Source: Mustelus asterias | Lineage: Eukaryota | Assembly: GCF_964213995.1 (NCBI RefSeq) | Contig: NC_135808.1 | Coordinates: 50,406,001 to 50,470,000, forward strand | DNA: 64,000 nt | Direction: 5' to 3' | Shown here: one piece after another, positions 35,041 to 48,129 of the stretch | How the letters are laid out: the number at the start of each line of letters is the position of its first letter | How positions within the stretch are numbered: position 1 is the stretch's first letter | Translations under genes and position numbers: made by a program | Notes under the pieces: generated by a model | The model's database searches: none | What the model was told of the DNA's origin: nothing | What the model saw: only the letters and a program-made list of their open reading frames with translations

Positions 35041-36133
35041 CAACAAAGAACAAAGAACAGTACAGCACAGGAAACAGGCCCTTCGGCCCTCCAAGCCTGT
35101 GCCGCTCCTTGGTCCAACTCGACCAATCGTTTGTATCCCTCCATTCCCAGGCTGCTCATGTGACTATCCAGGTAAGTCTTAAACGATGTCAGCGTGCCTG
35201 CCTCCACCACCCTACTTGGCAGCGCATTCCAGCCCCCACCACCCTCTGTGTAAAAAACCTCCCTCTGATGTCTGAGTTATACTTCGCCCCTCTCAGCCTG
35301 AGCCCGTGACCCCTCGTGATCGTCACCTCCGACCTGGGAAAAAGCTTCCCACTGTTCACCCTATCTATACCCTTCATAATCTTGTACACCTCTATTAGAT
35401 CTCCCCTCATTCTCCGTCTTTCCAAGGAGAACAACCCCAGTCTACCCAATCTCTCCTCATAGCTAAGACCCTCCATACCAGGCAACATCCTGGTAAACCT
35501 TCTCTGCACTCTCTCTAACGCCTCCACATCCTTCTGGTAGTGCGGCGACCAGAACTGGACGCAGTACTCCAAATGTGGCCTAACCAGCGTTCTATACAGC
35601 TGCATCATCGGACTCCAGCTTTTATACTCTATACCCCGTCCTATAAAGGCAAGCATACCATATGCCTTCTTCACCACCTTCTCCACCTGTGTTGCCACCT
35701 TCAAGGATTTGTGGACTTGCACACCTAGGTCCCTCTGTGTTTCTATACTCCTGATGACTCTGCCATTTATTGTATAACTCCTCCCTACATTATTTCTTCC
35801 AAAATGCATCACTTCGCATTTATCCGGATTAAACTCCATCTGCCACCTCTCCGCCCAATTTTCCAGCCTATTTATATCCTGCTGTATTGCCCGACAATGC
35901 TCTTCGCTATCTGCAATTCCAGCCATCTTCGTGTCATCCGCAAACTTGCTGATTACACCAGTTACACCTTCTTCCAAATCATTTATATATATCAGAAATA
36001 GCAGAGGTCCCAGTACAGAGCCCTGCGGAACACCACTGGTCACAGACCTCCAGCCGGGAAAAGACCCTTCGACCACTACCCTCTGTCTCCTATGGCTAAG
36101 CCAGTTCTCCACCCATCTAGCCACTTCTCCTTG
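35041..36133 (-). mobile_element. 5'-truncated CR1 LINE (RT and tail) in the J-C intron
   Basis: GVPQGSVLGP..YINDL..KFADDTK in ORF 35189-36178, with a (TTCTTTG)n tail at 35041. Confidence 0.92.
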
Positions 36134-36267
36134 AGACGTGTATTGTCTCCAGACAGGACAGCGAGTGAGATTTTGCACATCCAGGCAGGTTGTGGGGGTT
36201 ACAGATAGTGTGACATGAACCCAAGTTCCCGGTTGAGGCCGTCCCCATGCGTGCGGAACCTAGCTAT

Positions 36268-36590
36268 CATTTTGGCAAATCCCAGTTTCGTGAAATTGGC
36301 CTTTTCCCAATTTAAAATGTTTACTCTCAATCGCTCTTTCCCCTTTTCCATAACAACTCTAAATCTAACTGTATTATGATCACTATTACCCAAATGCTCT
36401 CCCACTGATACACCTTCCACAAGCCGAGATTCATTCTATAAAACTGCCCAAAACTGCCCCTTCTCTTGTTGGGATTGTTCCGTGCTGGTTAAAAAAATTC
36501 CCCCGGAATGGATTTGCAGAATTGTGTAACGTTGAAACATTGACACTGATTTGATCCCAGTCAATATTCGGGAAGTTGAAAGCCTGAAAT
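36268..36590 (-). mobile_element. Old CR1 endonuclease relic adjoining the C exon acceptor (shared with the second cluster)
   Basis: FNFPNIDW and VSVGEHLGNSDHN motifs. The same relic starts at about 63035 on +. Confidence 0.8.
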
Positions 36591-36624
36591 GGCAGTGATT
36601 AAAATTCCTTCTCTTCTCTTTCAG

Positions 36625-36953
36625 CCCGTGAGAATTCACAACCCACGCTGACCCTGCTGCCCCCCTCCCCGGAGGAGGTCAAGACCAAGGGCACTGCCAC
36701 CCTGGTGTGCCTTGCCGATCACTTCTATCCCGACCAGGTGGAGGTGAAATGGAAGAAGGATGGTGCAGCCATTTCCAACGGGGTTCAGACCAGCAACTAC
36801 CTGCGAGCTTCAGACAACACCTACAGCGTCAGCAGCCTGCTGACCCTCTCTGGCTCCGACTGGGAGTCCAACGCCCGCTTCTCCTGTGCCCTCACCCACG
36901 TGAGCCTCTCCTCTCCCCTCAGCAAGAGCGTCAGGAGATCAGAATGTGCCTAG
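36625..36953 (+). CDS. IGKC: Ig kappa-type constant exon (copy 1)
   Basis: TTCTCTTTCAG acceptor. RENSQPTLTLLPPSPEEVKTKGTATLVCLADHFYP..W..TYSVSSLLTL..FSCALTH..SECA*: C1-set Ig domain with a penultimate interchain Cys. Confidence 0.97.
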
Positions 36954-37227
36954 AGTGTTAGAGACAGTCCACAGAGGAGACACAACATGGAATAGAACAG
37001 GGGTGAGCTGGGAGGGCAAAGGTCATTGTCAGCACTGAGTTACAACTCTCTTCCTTCTCGGGACTGAGTCTGAGACACTTCTGAGGGTCAGAGGTTAAAG
37101 CACGTTATTGGGATAGTGTAGAGGGAGCTTTACTCTATATCTAACCCCGTGCTGTTCCTGTCCTGACAGTGTCGACTCGTGATAACAAGTATAACCTCTG
37201 GAAGATGCTGAAGAGTGTCAGCTGTAC

Positions 37228-37458
37228 AATAAAAATGTGACCCTGTGAAGTGTCTGCTTCAGTAAACCAGACCTCCTTCCTGCTCACCCTGCAGTTACAA
37301 TTGAAGCTTTAGTCACTGTTTAAAGGGACAGGATTCTCATGTTATTGAGAAAATCTCCACAAGTGTTTTAATAAACCTCCATTCTCCCTGTGAATTTCTC
37401 CAGCTTCCTCTGGCTGGGCTGTTTTTTCTGTCAATGTCAATGTGTAAAAGGTAATAAA
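37228..37458 (+). terminator. Candidate polyadenylation signals of the kappa transcript
   Basis: AATAAA at about 37228, 37370 and 37453. The last is followed by a GT-rich tract, and the latter two are retained in the inverted copy. Confidence 0.6.
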
Positions 37459-38939
37459 CATTAAGAATATTCAGTTTCTGTCTGGTGAGTGCTTTGGAAA
37501 TGTCCCACCTCCCCATCAGCTGATTGGCTGCATTTCACCAAATGATTGTCCGGATTGGCTGCTTGGCCTGTCAATCAAAGACACATCTGCAGAAGATTGG
37601 ATTCAAAGCCAATGATCATTCATTTGAAAATGATCAGTTTGATCTGGAATCTCTTGAGTGACAAGATTGAAAACAGAGAAGAAACTGAAAGTTGCTGGGA
37701 TTAAACCATCACAATCACAATTCTCCACCCCATATTCACCACCTGCCTCTTGACCTTAACCATCTCACGTGGTCTCACTGCTCCCATAGTTTCAATCAGA
37801 GATAAGACCATCTCTGATTACTTCCTTGTATCACTCCCCAGCCACATCCCCCTTCCACACCCCCAACCCTACCCCCTTCTGTATCCATCCCTGCAAAAAC
37901 CTATTCCCCAATTCACTTACAACGCACTTTCCAAATTCCAACTATCTTAAATTTCATTTTACCAGAAGCCAGTTGATTCTCAGACTAGCTGAGCAGAGAG
38001 ACAACCCCTTTGTTTCTCCACACCCAACTCTTCCAGCTGTGTCCATTGATCATTGAGCCAATGATCATCACTTGTCTTTATCAATCTAATTGGATGAACA
38101 ATATAAATATCAAAGGTTGCAATTGCTAGCGCATTGACAAGGGCTGAGTTGGTGAAAATGCCAGTTTGGAAACAGGGAGGGATGGGAGCACAGTAAGAAT
38201 GTTACAGGACTGTTAATCCTGAGGGTTTTTCTGGGAGGTATGGGTTCAAATCCCATTATGGCACTGGGAGGAATTTGAATTCTTTCCATTTCAGGATACT
38301 GGTGTTCGACAAGGCAATATGCTGTGGTCCTCAAACTGTTGAGCCCGCTTTCTTTAAAGAGAACACATTTAAATGAACCAAAACCATCATAAATCCTGCA
38401 TTGACACAAAGCAAAACATGTCTTTTTCCTTTATAACATCCCAACATAATTTGTAATTTCTAGGAACAGACATGTTTATCTGTAAAGCAGTTTGATAATT
38501 AGTGACTTGTGTTAAGTCTTTGTATCTTTGAGATCTCCCTTCTCTTGAACATTGTGTTTCTGTGAACGAAATCTATTCTTGGCCTTTTTCAGCTGCATTA
38601 TCTTGGAGAGGACATTATCCCACAGAGATCACTGAGTGCTTTTCACAACTCTTTTACTCTTCTTGGATTCTCAAACTAAAGTGTAACATTTCGTATTCTT
38701 TCCCACCAAGAATCTGATGAACCCTGCGCTGCTCAAAAACCGACCCAGAAGATTGGCATATGAAGCATCACTAAATCTTACATAGAAACATGGAAACTAG
38801 GAGGAGGAGGGGGCCATTCGGCCCTTCGAGCCTGCTCCACCATTCATTATGATCATGGCTGATCATCCAACTCAACAGCCTTCCCCTGTGTATCCTTTGA
38901 TTCCCCCTCCAACTCAAATGCTTTATCTAACTGAACCAG

Positions 38940-39925
38940 GAACAATACAGCACAGGAACAGGCCCTTCAGCCCACCAAGCCTGCGCCGATCACATTGTCC
39001 TATCTAGACCAAGCCCCTATATCCCTCTATACCCCACCTGTTCATGTTTCTATCTAGGAAAGTATTAAATATCGCTAACGTAACTGCCTTAACCATCTCA
39101 CTTGGCAGTGCATTCCAGGCCACCACCACCCTCTGTGTAAAAATACTTCCCCTGCACATCTCTACTGAACCTTTCCCCCCTGACCCTGAACTTGTGCCCC
39201 TTGTAATTGTCATTTCTACCCAGGGAAAAAGCTTCCAACTCTTCACCTTATCTATGCCCCTCATTATTGTATAAACTTCTATCAGGTCCCCCTCAACCTC
39301 CATCTTTCCTGGGAGAACAGTCCCAGTTTATTCAATCTCTCCTCAAAGCTAATGCCCTCCATACCAGGCAACATACTGGTAAACCTTGTCTGTCCTCCCT
39401 CGAAAGCCACCATGAACTTCCAGTAGTGTGGCAACCAGAATTGAACAGAGTATTCCCAATGTGACCTAACCAACATTTTCTATAACTGGAACATAATTTG
39501 CCAACTTTTATCCTCGATGCCCCAGCCGATGAAGGCAAGCACGTCATATGCTTTCTTCATCAGATTTCCACCTGTGCTGCCACTTTTAAGGATCTGTGGA
39601 CCTGTACTCCCAGATCTCTCTGTGTGTCTCTGCTCCTGATGGTTCTGCCATTTATTTTATAGCTCCCACCTGAATTGCATCTACCAAAATGCATCATCTT
39701 GCATTGGGCTGGATTAAATTCTACCTGTCAATTCTCCACCCAATTTTCCAGCCTATCTGTATCCTGCTGTTTTCTCTGACAATCTTCATCACTATCCGCA
39801 ACTCCAGCAATCTTAATATCATCAGCAAACTTGTTAATCAGACCAACTATATTTTCTTCCAAGTCACTTGTATATATTACAAACAATAGAAGTCCCAGCA
39901 CTAATCCCTGTTCAAGACCACTAGT
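38940..39925 (-). mobile_element. Decayed CR1 3' region
   Basis: KFADDIK, LVRSHWEYSVQFW, FTQRVVVAWNALP fragments. Confidence 0.85.
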
Positions 39926-40109
39926 TACAGACTGCTTCTTGAAAGCATGCAACGTTTTGGCCTCAACTGCTTTCTGTGGTAGCAAATTCCACAGGCTGAC
40001 CACGCTCTGGGTGAAGAAATTTCTCCTCATCTCTGTCCTAAACGCTCCATCCTTAATCCACAGACTATAAGCCCTGGTTCTAGACACCATCGGGTATATC
40101 CTTCCTGCA

Positions 40110-42420
40110 TCTTACCAATCTCATATCATCTGGTTCACCCAGGGCTGGGAACTTGAGTGTGCATTTCTCCAAGTTTAGTTCCTTCAATGTTTTGTTTGCT
40201 CTCAGAGCTTCCCCTCTCTCCTGCCATGCTTCATCATGTACTCTGCTCCAACACCTCACAACTGGCATCAGGTCTGGTCTGAGTACACAACCAGGTCAAC
40301 TGTCCAATCAAACTTCTCCAAGGATCCGTTTCTTCCTTGGACACTGGATCCTCTTTTTGTGAGGATCTGACCCGATTTATTGGATGGGATTATCATTTCC
40401 CAAATGATTGTCGGTTCAATGTCACACCTGACTTCTTTTGCTTCATGTTTTAACCGATGTGTTTAAAATCTCCTGAAGCCTGGCTTCCAACCTGGAATTC
40501 CTTCTTGATTTCATTGATTATCCATTGATCAAATTCAACAAAACCTCCCCACAGAAAATCACCCACATTGATGATAAAGATTCCTGCTGCTCTCTCCTTG
40601 TGACACCAATAGAACATCGCAGAGTCTGCTTTCATCTGGAAACAACCCATTTTCAACAGGGTCGACCTCAGAGAGAAATACCAAGAACAAAGAAATTACA
40701 TCACAGGAACAGGCCCTTCAACCCTCCAAGCCCGCACCGACCATGCTGCCCGACTTAACTAAAACCCCTCCCCTTCCGGGGACCATATCCCTCTATTCCC
40801 ATCCTATTCATGTACTTGTCAAGACGCCCCTTAAAAGTCACTACCATATCCGCTTCCACTCCCTCCCCCGGCAACGGGTTCCAGGCACCCACCACTCACT
40901 GTGTAAAAAATCTGCTTCGTACATCTCCTTTAAACCTTGCCCCTCGCACTTTAAACCTGAGTATTTTACTCTTTTATCCTGGGAAAAACCTTCTGAATAT
41001 CAACTCTGTCCATGCCTCTCATAATCTTGTAGACTTCTATCAGGTCTCCCCTCAACCTCCGTCGCTCCATGAGAGCAAACCAAGTTTCTCCAACCTCTCC
41101 TCATAGCTAATGCCCTCCATACCAGGCAACATCCTGGTAAATCTTTTCTGTATCCTCTCCAAAGCCTCCACATCCTTCTGGTGGTGTGGCAACCAGAATT
41201 AAACATGAAATTCCAAGTGCGACCTCACTAAGGTTCTATAAAGCTGCAACATGACTTGCCAATTTTTAAACTCAATACCCCGGCCGATGAAGGCAAGCAT
41301 GCCGTATGCCTTCTTGATTACCTTCTCCACCTGCATTGCCACTTTCAGTGACCTGTGTACCTGTACACCCAGATCCCTTTGCCTATCAATACTCTTAAGG
41401 GTTCTGCCATTTACTGTATATTTCCTATCTGTATTAGACCTTCCAAAATGCATTACCTCACATTTGTCCGGATTAAACTCCAACTGCCATCTCATATTCA
41501 TAATGCGGACGACACAAAGGTTGGTGGATTTGTGGATAGTTCATAATCCCCTATTCATAATACATCATTCAATCCATAAACACCTGTTTAATTTCACAAT
41601 TTTCTTTCTCGTTAACAGGCTTCTTTAGATGCTTCAAAATATTTCCCTTTGAAATTTCTCACCCCACAAAAATGCTGCATTTAAATCTTAGAATCCCTAC
41701 AGTGCAGAAAGAGGCCATTCAGCCCATTGAGTCTGCACTGACTCTCCGAAAGAGCATCTTATCCAGGCCCACCCCTCTAACCCTATCCCCATAACCCCAT
41801 ACATTTACGATGGCTAATCGACCAAACCTGCACATCTTTGGACACCAAGGGCAATTTAGCATGACCAATCCACCAAACCTGCATATTTTCGGACTGTGGG
41901 AGGAAACCAGAGCATCCGGGGGAAATCCACGCAGACATAGGAAGAACGTGCAAACTTCGCACAGAGGGTGCCCCAAGACCGGAATGGAACCCAGGTCCCT
42001 GGCGCTGTGAGGCACCAGTGCAAACCAATGTGCCACAGTCCCATCTCAATCTGCACTTCCAGGAGTATGTCACTAAAGTGGCGAAAAATATCTTCAAGCT
42101 TACTTTCCCGACAGTTGGGGATTCCACCCTGAGAATTTGATCCACAAGTCTCTCCTCAAATTCCCGAGTTCCCAGTCTAGCTTTAGCCTTTCAAGTGTTG
42201 TTAGGGAGAGATGTTTCTGTACATATCCACTGTGAGTCAAGTCTGACTGTCTCCTATCTGATATTTTAGTGGAAACTTCAAATTCTCTCCAACTCCTTTT
42301 GTTTTGCTTCCTTTATCAACTTATCTTTCAATTGATTAGCAACTATTAAAACCTTTCTATACGGAAGGCTTCTGCTTCTGGTGACATTCGAACTTAATCC
42401 ACAGTTCCTTTTCTTATCAT
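40110..42420 (-). mobile_element. Ty1/Copia RT relic interrupted by a CR1 (about 40680-41490) and a SINE (about 41685-42037)
   Basis: EAKQKELE, KAKARL, ESPTVGKVSLKIFF, DSAMFYW..GIFIINVGDFLWGG..EIKKEFQVG..FKHIG and TQTRPD appear in Copia RT order. Confidence 0.7.
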
Positions 42421-42789
42421 GCTCTGACCTCCACTCTTCCCCTCTCTCTATCTGGCACATATAGGCAATTCTGTGGATGCGAAAGAGACTCCAGGATGGT
42501 ATGTTGCCTCCCTGGTGCCAGGGTCCAGGATATCTTTGAACGGGCAGGGAGAATTCTGAAGGAGGAGGCTGAACAACCAGAGGTCGTGGTACATATTGTA
42601 ACTGACGACATAGGTAGTGACATAGTCACTATGACTATGGGTCAAATCATCTTTCCCACATGTGATCAGATTCCTGATTCCAAGTTCATGATCTTTTCCT
42701 GGGATCACGACCTCTTTCTGTTTCAGAACTTACAGTGAGCTTCCTGGCTTTTCCCATCCTGACCTTATTTCCCAATCCACTGCCCGGAT

Positions 42790-43205
42790 TTAGAACAAAG
42801 AACAAAAGAAAATTACAGCACAGGAACAGACTCTTCGGCCCTCCAAGCCTGCACCAACCATGCTGCCGTCTGAACTAAAACCCCCTCCCCTTCTTGGGAC
42901 CATATCCCTCTATTCCCATTCTATTCATGTATTTGTCAAGACCCTTAAAAGTCACTATCGTATCTGCTTCCACTCCATCCCCCAGTAGCGAGTTCCAGGC
43001 ACCCACCACCCTCTGTTTAAAAAAGTTGCCTCGAACATCTCCTTTAAACCTTGCCCCTTGCACCTTAAACCTATGCCCCCTAGTAATTGACACTTCCACC
43101 TTGGGAAAAAGCTTCTGACTAATCATTCTGCCCATGCCCCTCATAATCTTGTAGACTTCTATCAGGTCGCCCTCAACCTCTGTCGTTCCAATGAGAACAA
43201 ACCAC
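42790..43205 (-). mobile_element. CR1 3' fragment
   Basis: TRGHRFKV..FFKQRVVGAWN, with tail at about 42792. Confidence 0.85.
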
Positions 43206-43549
43206 GGTCCTCCAATCCAAGCTCGAAGTTCATCTGCCTTACCCGTTACACATCTCGCATTGAAACAAATGCTCTTCAGTTCACCAGACCCTCTTTGATC
43301 AGCAACCCCACCCTGCCCCCTCTTTCACTGAGTCTTACTGGCCCGACTCTCTCATTCCCCTTCGGTCAATTCACCTTTGCTTCAGTACCCCCTCCCCCCG
43401 CCCACCCCCCCTCCCGCGTGGCACTCGCAAACCTACTGGCCAGAATATTTGCACCCCTCCAGTTTAAACGCAACCCGTCCCACCTGTCCTGGAAGAGATC
43501 CCAATGGTCCAGATATCTGAAACTCTCCCTCCTGCATCAGCTGTTCAGC

Positions 43550-45278
43550 TGCGTGGAGCCTGAAGAGATAGGAGAGGCGCTAAATGAATATTTTTCATCA
43601 GTATTCACGCAGGAAAAAGACAATGTTGTCGAGGAGAATACTGAGATACAGGCTGTTGGACGAGACGGGATTGAGGTTAATAAGGAGGGGGTGTTAGCAA
43701 TTCTGGAAAGTGTGAAAATAGATGAGTCCCCTGCGCCAGATGGGATTTATCCCAGGATTCTCTGGGAGACTAGGGAAGAGATTGCAGAGCCTTTGGCTTT
43801 GATCTTTATGTCGTCATTGTCTACAGGAATAGTGCCAGAAGACTGGAGGATAGCAAATGTTGTCCCCTTGTTCAAGAAGGGGAGTAGAGACAATCCTGGT
43901 AATTATAGATCAGTGAGCCTTACTTCTGTTGTGGGCAAAGTTTTGGAAAGGATTATAAGAGATAGGATTTATAATCATCTAGAAAGGAACAATTTGATTA
44001 GGGATAGTCAGCACGGTTTTGTGAAGGGTAGGTCGTGCCTCACAAACCTTATTGAGTTCTTTGAGAAGGTGACCAAAGAGGTGGATGAGGGCAAAGCAGT
44101 TGATGTGGTGTATATGGATTTCAGTAAAGCATTTGATAAGGTTCCCCACGGTAAGCTATTGCAGAAAATACGGAGGCATGGGATTGAGGGTGATTTAGCG
44201 GTTTGGATCAGGAATTGGCGAGCTGTAAGAAGACAGAGGGTGGTGGTTGATGGAAAATGTTCATCCTGGAGTTCAGTTACTAGTGGTGTACCGCAAGGAT
44301 CTGTTTTGGGGCCACTGCTGTTTGTCATTTTTATAAATGACCTGGATGAGGGCGTAGAAGGATGGGTTAGTAAATTTGTGGACGACACTAAAGTTGGTGG
44401 AGTTGTGGACAGTGCGGAAGGTTGTTGCAGGTTACAGAGGGACATCGATAAGCTGCAGTGCTGGGCTGAGAGGTGGCAAATAGAGTTCAATGCAGAAAAG
44501 TGTGAGGTGATTCACTTTGAAAGGAGTAACAGGGTTACAGAGTACTGGGCTAATGGTAAGATACTTGGTAGTGTGGATGAACAGAGAGATCTGGGTGTCC
44601 ATGTGCATAGATCCCTGAAAGTTGGCACCCAGGTTGATAGGGTTGTTAAGAAGGCGTACGGAGTGTTAGCTTTTATTGGTAGAGGGATTGAGTTTCAGAG
44701 CCAGGAGGTCATGTTGCAGCTGTACAAAACTCTGGTGCGGCCGCACTTGGTGTATTGCGTACAGTTCTGGTCACCGCATTATAGGAAGGATGTGGAAGCA
44801 TTGGAAAGGGTGCAGAGGAGATTTACGAGGATGTTGCCTGGTATGGTGGGAAGGTCTTATGAGGAAAGGCTGAGGGACTTGAGGTTGTTCTCGTTAGAGA
44901 GAAGAAGGTTAAGAGTTGACTTAATAGAGGCATACAAGATGATCAGAGGATTAGATAGGGTGGATGGTGAGAGCCTTTTTCCCCGGATGGTGATGGCTAG
45001 CATGAGGGGACATAGCTTTAAATTGAGGGGTGATAGATACAGGACAGATGTCAGAGGTAGATTCTTTACTCAGAGAGTAGTAAGGGCATGGAATGCCCTG
45101 CCTGCAGCAGTAGTGGACTTGCCAACATTAAGGGCATTTAAATGGTCATTGGATAAACATATGGATGATATTGGAATAGTGTAGGTCAGATGGGCTTTAG
45201 ATTGGTTTCATTGGTCGGCGCAACATCGAGGGCCGAAGGGCCTGTACTGCGCTGTAATGTTCTATGTTCTATGTTCTA
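43550..45278 (+). mobile_element. 5'-truncated CR1 LINE with an open RT region
   Basis: ORF 43295-45184 is RT-like from EEIGEALNEYFSSVF onward (FINDL..KFVDDTK), followed by a (TGTTCTA)n tail. Confidence 0.92.
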
Positions 45279-45279
45279 C

Positions 45280-46010
45280 GTGTTGAGCTGTACTATCTTC
45301 CTATTTCTAGCTTCACTGGCACATGGCACAGGGAGTGATCCTGAGATTACAACCCTCGGGACCCTGCTTTTTAACTTTCTACCTAACTCCCTAAACTGCT
45401 GCTGCAGGACCTCGTCACTCTTCCTGCCGCTGTCGTTAGTACCAATACGTACCACAACCTCTGGTTGTTCAGCCCCTCCCTTCAGAATGCTCTCTCCCGT
45501 TCAAAGATATCCTGACCCTGGCACCAGGGAGGCAACATACCATCCTGGAGTCTCTTTTACGTCCACAGAATTGCCTATCCGTACCCCTAACTATAGCGTC
45601 CCCGATAACTATTGCTCTCGTGTTCTTTGTCCCTCCCTGCTCAGCAACAGAGCCAGCCATGGTGCCACTGCTCTGGCTGCTGCTGCTGTTATCCCCGATA
45701 GGCCATCCCCCCAACAATATCCAAAATGGCAGACTTGTTAGAGAGGGGATCGACCACAGGGAATTCCTGCACTGAATGCCTGCCCCTTCTAGCGGTCACC
45801 CATCTATCTGCCTGCACCTTGTGTGTCACCACATCATTAAAACTCCTGCCTCTGATGCTTTCCGCCATCTTCATGCTCCTAAGTGCATCCAACTGCTGCT
45901 CCAACCTATCCATGTGGTCTGTGAGGAGCTGCAATTGGGTGCACTTCCAGCAGATGTAGTCTTCCGAGACGCTGGAAGCCTCACGGATCTCCCACATCTC
46001 CCAAGTGCCA
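45280..46010 (-). mobile_element. CR1 ORF1 relic (zinc finger/coiled coil and SGNH esterase-like domain)
   Basis: YICWKCTQLQLL..LEQQLDALR and AIVIGDAIVRG..VCCLPGARV. Confidence 0.8.
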
Positions 46011-46946
46011 GCATTTGACCGACATTTCTATCACCAATTAAATTATTGAAGAAAATTTATTAAACTCTGACCTTCACTTCTCACATGAGGTTGGTCTTCA
46101 TATCACTTCCTTTGCCAGGATACTCTCTGGATTTCTCCCTGCAGAATAACAGTTACGAAGCAAGAAGAAAGAAAACAAAACAAAAAGGGAAAACAGCATC
46201 TCCTCCCACTCTGCACTGAATTACCGCACTGTTCCAAATGGCCAAGTTTCAATCCCACTCTGGCTGCCTCAGTCACGCTGTCTCCCATTTCAAGTGCGCA
46301 AAGCTCTGATTTCCGGACCTTCCCTTTTTAATTCATTTTTACAGGATGTGGGGATCGCTGGCTTGGCCAACATTTATTACCCATCCCTATTTGCCCGTGA
46401 GCTGCCTTCTTGAACCGCTGCAGTCCATGAGGTGTAGGTACATCCACAGAGCTGTTAGGGAGGGAGTTTGAGGATTGTGACCCAGTGACAGTGAAGAAAG
46501 GGCGATATATTTCCAAGTCAGGATGGTGAATGAGTTGGTGGGGAATCTCCAGGTGATGGTGTCCCAGGTGTCTGCTGCCCTTGTCCTTCTAGGTGGTAGT
46601 GCTTGTGTGTTTGGAAGGTGCTGTCGAAGGAGACTTGGTGAGTTCCTGCAGTGTATCTTGTAGATGGTACACACGGCTGTCACTGTTCATTGGTGGTGGA
46701 GGGTTTGTGGAAGGGGTAACAATCAAGCAGGCTGCTTTGTCCTGATGGTGCCTAGTTTCTTGAATGTTGTTGGAGCTGCATTCATCGAGACAAGTGGAGA
46801 GTTTCCTTCACACTTGTGTCTTGTAGATGGTGGACAGGCCTTGGGGGTCAGGAGGTGAGCGTCTCACTGCAGGATTCCTAGTCTCTGACCTGTTCTTGTA
46901 GCCACAGTTTTTCTATGGCTCACCCAGTTCAGTATCTGGTCAATGA

Positions 46947-47622
46947 TGAAGTCGGGAATGGGTTAATGAACTTCAATACTCGAAGTGTCACAGTGACCTC
47001 TGTGATATTTAGAGCTTGTGTGAGAAATACTGTGGAACTCATGTTTACGTTAGGGTTTTCATGCTCATGTTTCCAGAACAGATAAGAGCACAGCTGTTGT
47101 ATGTATTTCTGTTCAAGAATGTGGCTAATCCGCCATTTTGTATTCTTTAATTATGTATTGCTGTGTAACAATGGACGCCTATATCTCTGCCTTTTGTGAC
47201 GTATTATGATACCTTCATATATATTCATCATAACCTGTACCGATATACATTATACAAGTACCTACGAACGTATATGAATTGTTGTATGCCAATTAACTTG
47301 TTTGTGCGAAGACTGTAACTTTGTACGTTAGTAAGATACCCCACCTGTGCTCACAGAGAACAACAACACTCACGGCCTTGGGATAACCGTGAAGAAAACA
47401 CCAAGGCAGCAAGGTTCACACAGGAAGATGTGCAACCGCCTGGGAACCTGTGAGCCTGGGAAACTGCGGACGTGCAAGGTCGGGTATAAATGTATGTGTT
47501 TAGCCTGTATTTGCTGAGACATCTGAGGCCATGTTAGGCATCGGACGGTCTCCCACAATTGTGCAAATAAACCAAAGTATTTTGACCTACGAATAGACTC
47601 AGAGGTATCTTTACCTGCGACG
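46947..47622 (+). mobile_element. ERV 5' LTR
   Basis: Starts TGAAGTCGGGAATGGGTT like the solo LTR at 10399. TATAAA at about 47485, AATAAA at about 47566, immediately followed by a PBS. Confidence 0.85.
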
Positions 47623-47624
47623 AA

Positions 47625-47642
47625 TGGTGCCGAAACCCGGGA
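47625..47642 (+). promoter_or_regulatory. Retroviral primer-binding site complementary to tRNA-Phe
   Basis: TGGTGCCGAAACCCGGGA matches the 3' 18 nt of vertebrate tRNA-Phe. Confidence 0.9.
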
Positions 47643-48129
47643 TTGTTTACGGGACCAGTCGAATGGCCACGAATGGGAGACCGGAATAGTTACTGAACTT
47701 GATGAAGTGGGTCAAAATACATTGGGTGACCATCTGTGATGAGAGAGTGTCTGAACTGATGAAAGACGTCTGAACTGAGCACATACGGACAAGGAGGCAA
47801 TTGGCTCTGACACCCTGCCGTAAACTGACTGTTAAGAGGAGGAATCTCCCACGCTGATGTTCGGATTTGAAATGGGTGTCAGGGTTGCCTGAGGTGTGAT
47901 GTTCAGACGTGAGTGATGAGTGATAGATAGAGACTATCTGAGTGGTCCCGGAGTGGAAGGAAAAGCCTTCATGTGAAAGCCAGCTGAATAAAAATATTGT
48001 GTAAGTGGTGGTATGGAGGGATCTGATCACCCCTGACAGGTATCACCGAACTCAGATAAGAGAAACCTGGGAGGGAGAGAGCGAGAAAGGAGATTAGAAG
48101 ACTCCAAGGTGGTGAGTATGACCTTATCA

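Noticed and set aside
43295-43549. N-terminal part of the 629-aa ORF
   Set aside because: Chance open frame upstream of a 5'-truncated CR1. RT similarity begins near 43550.
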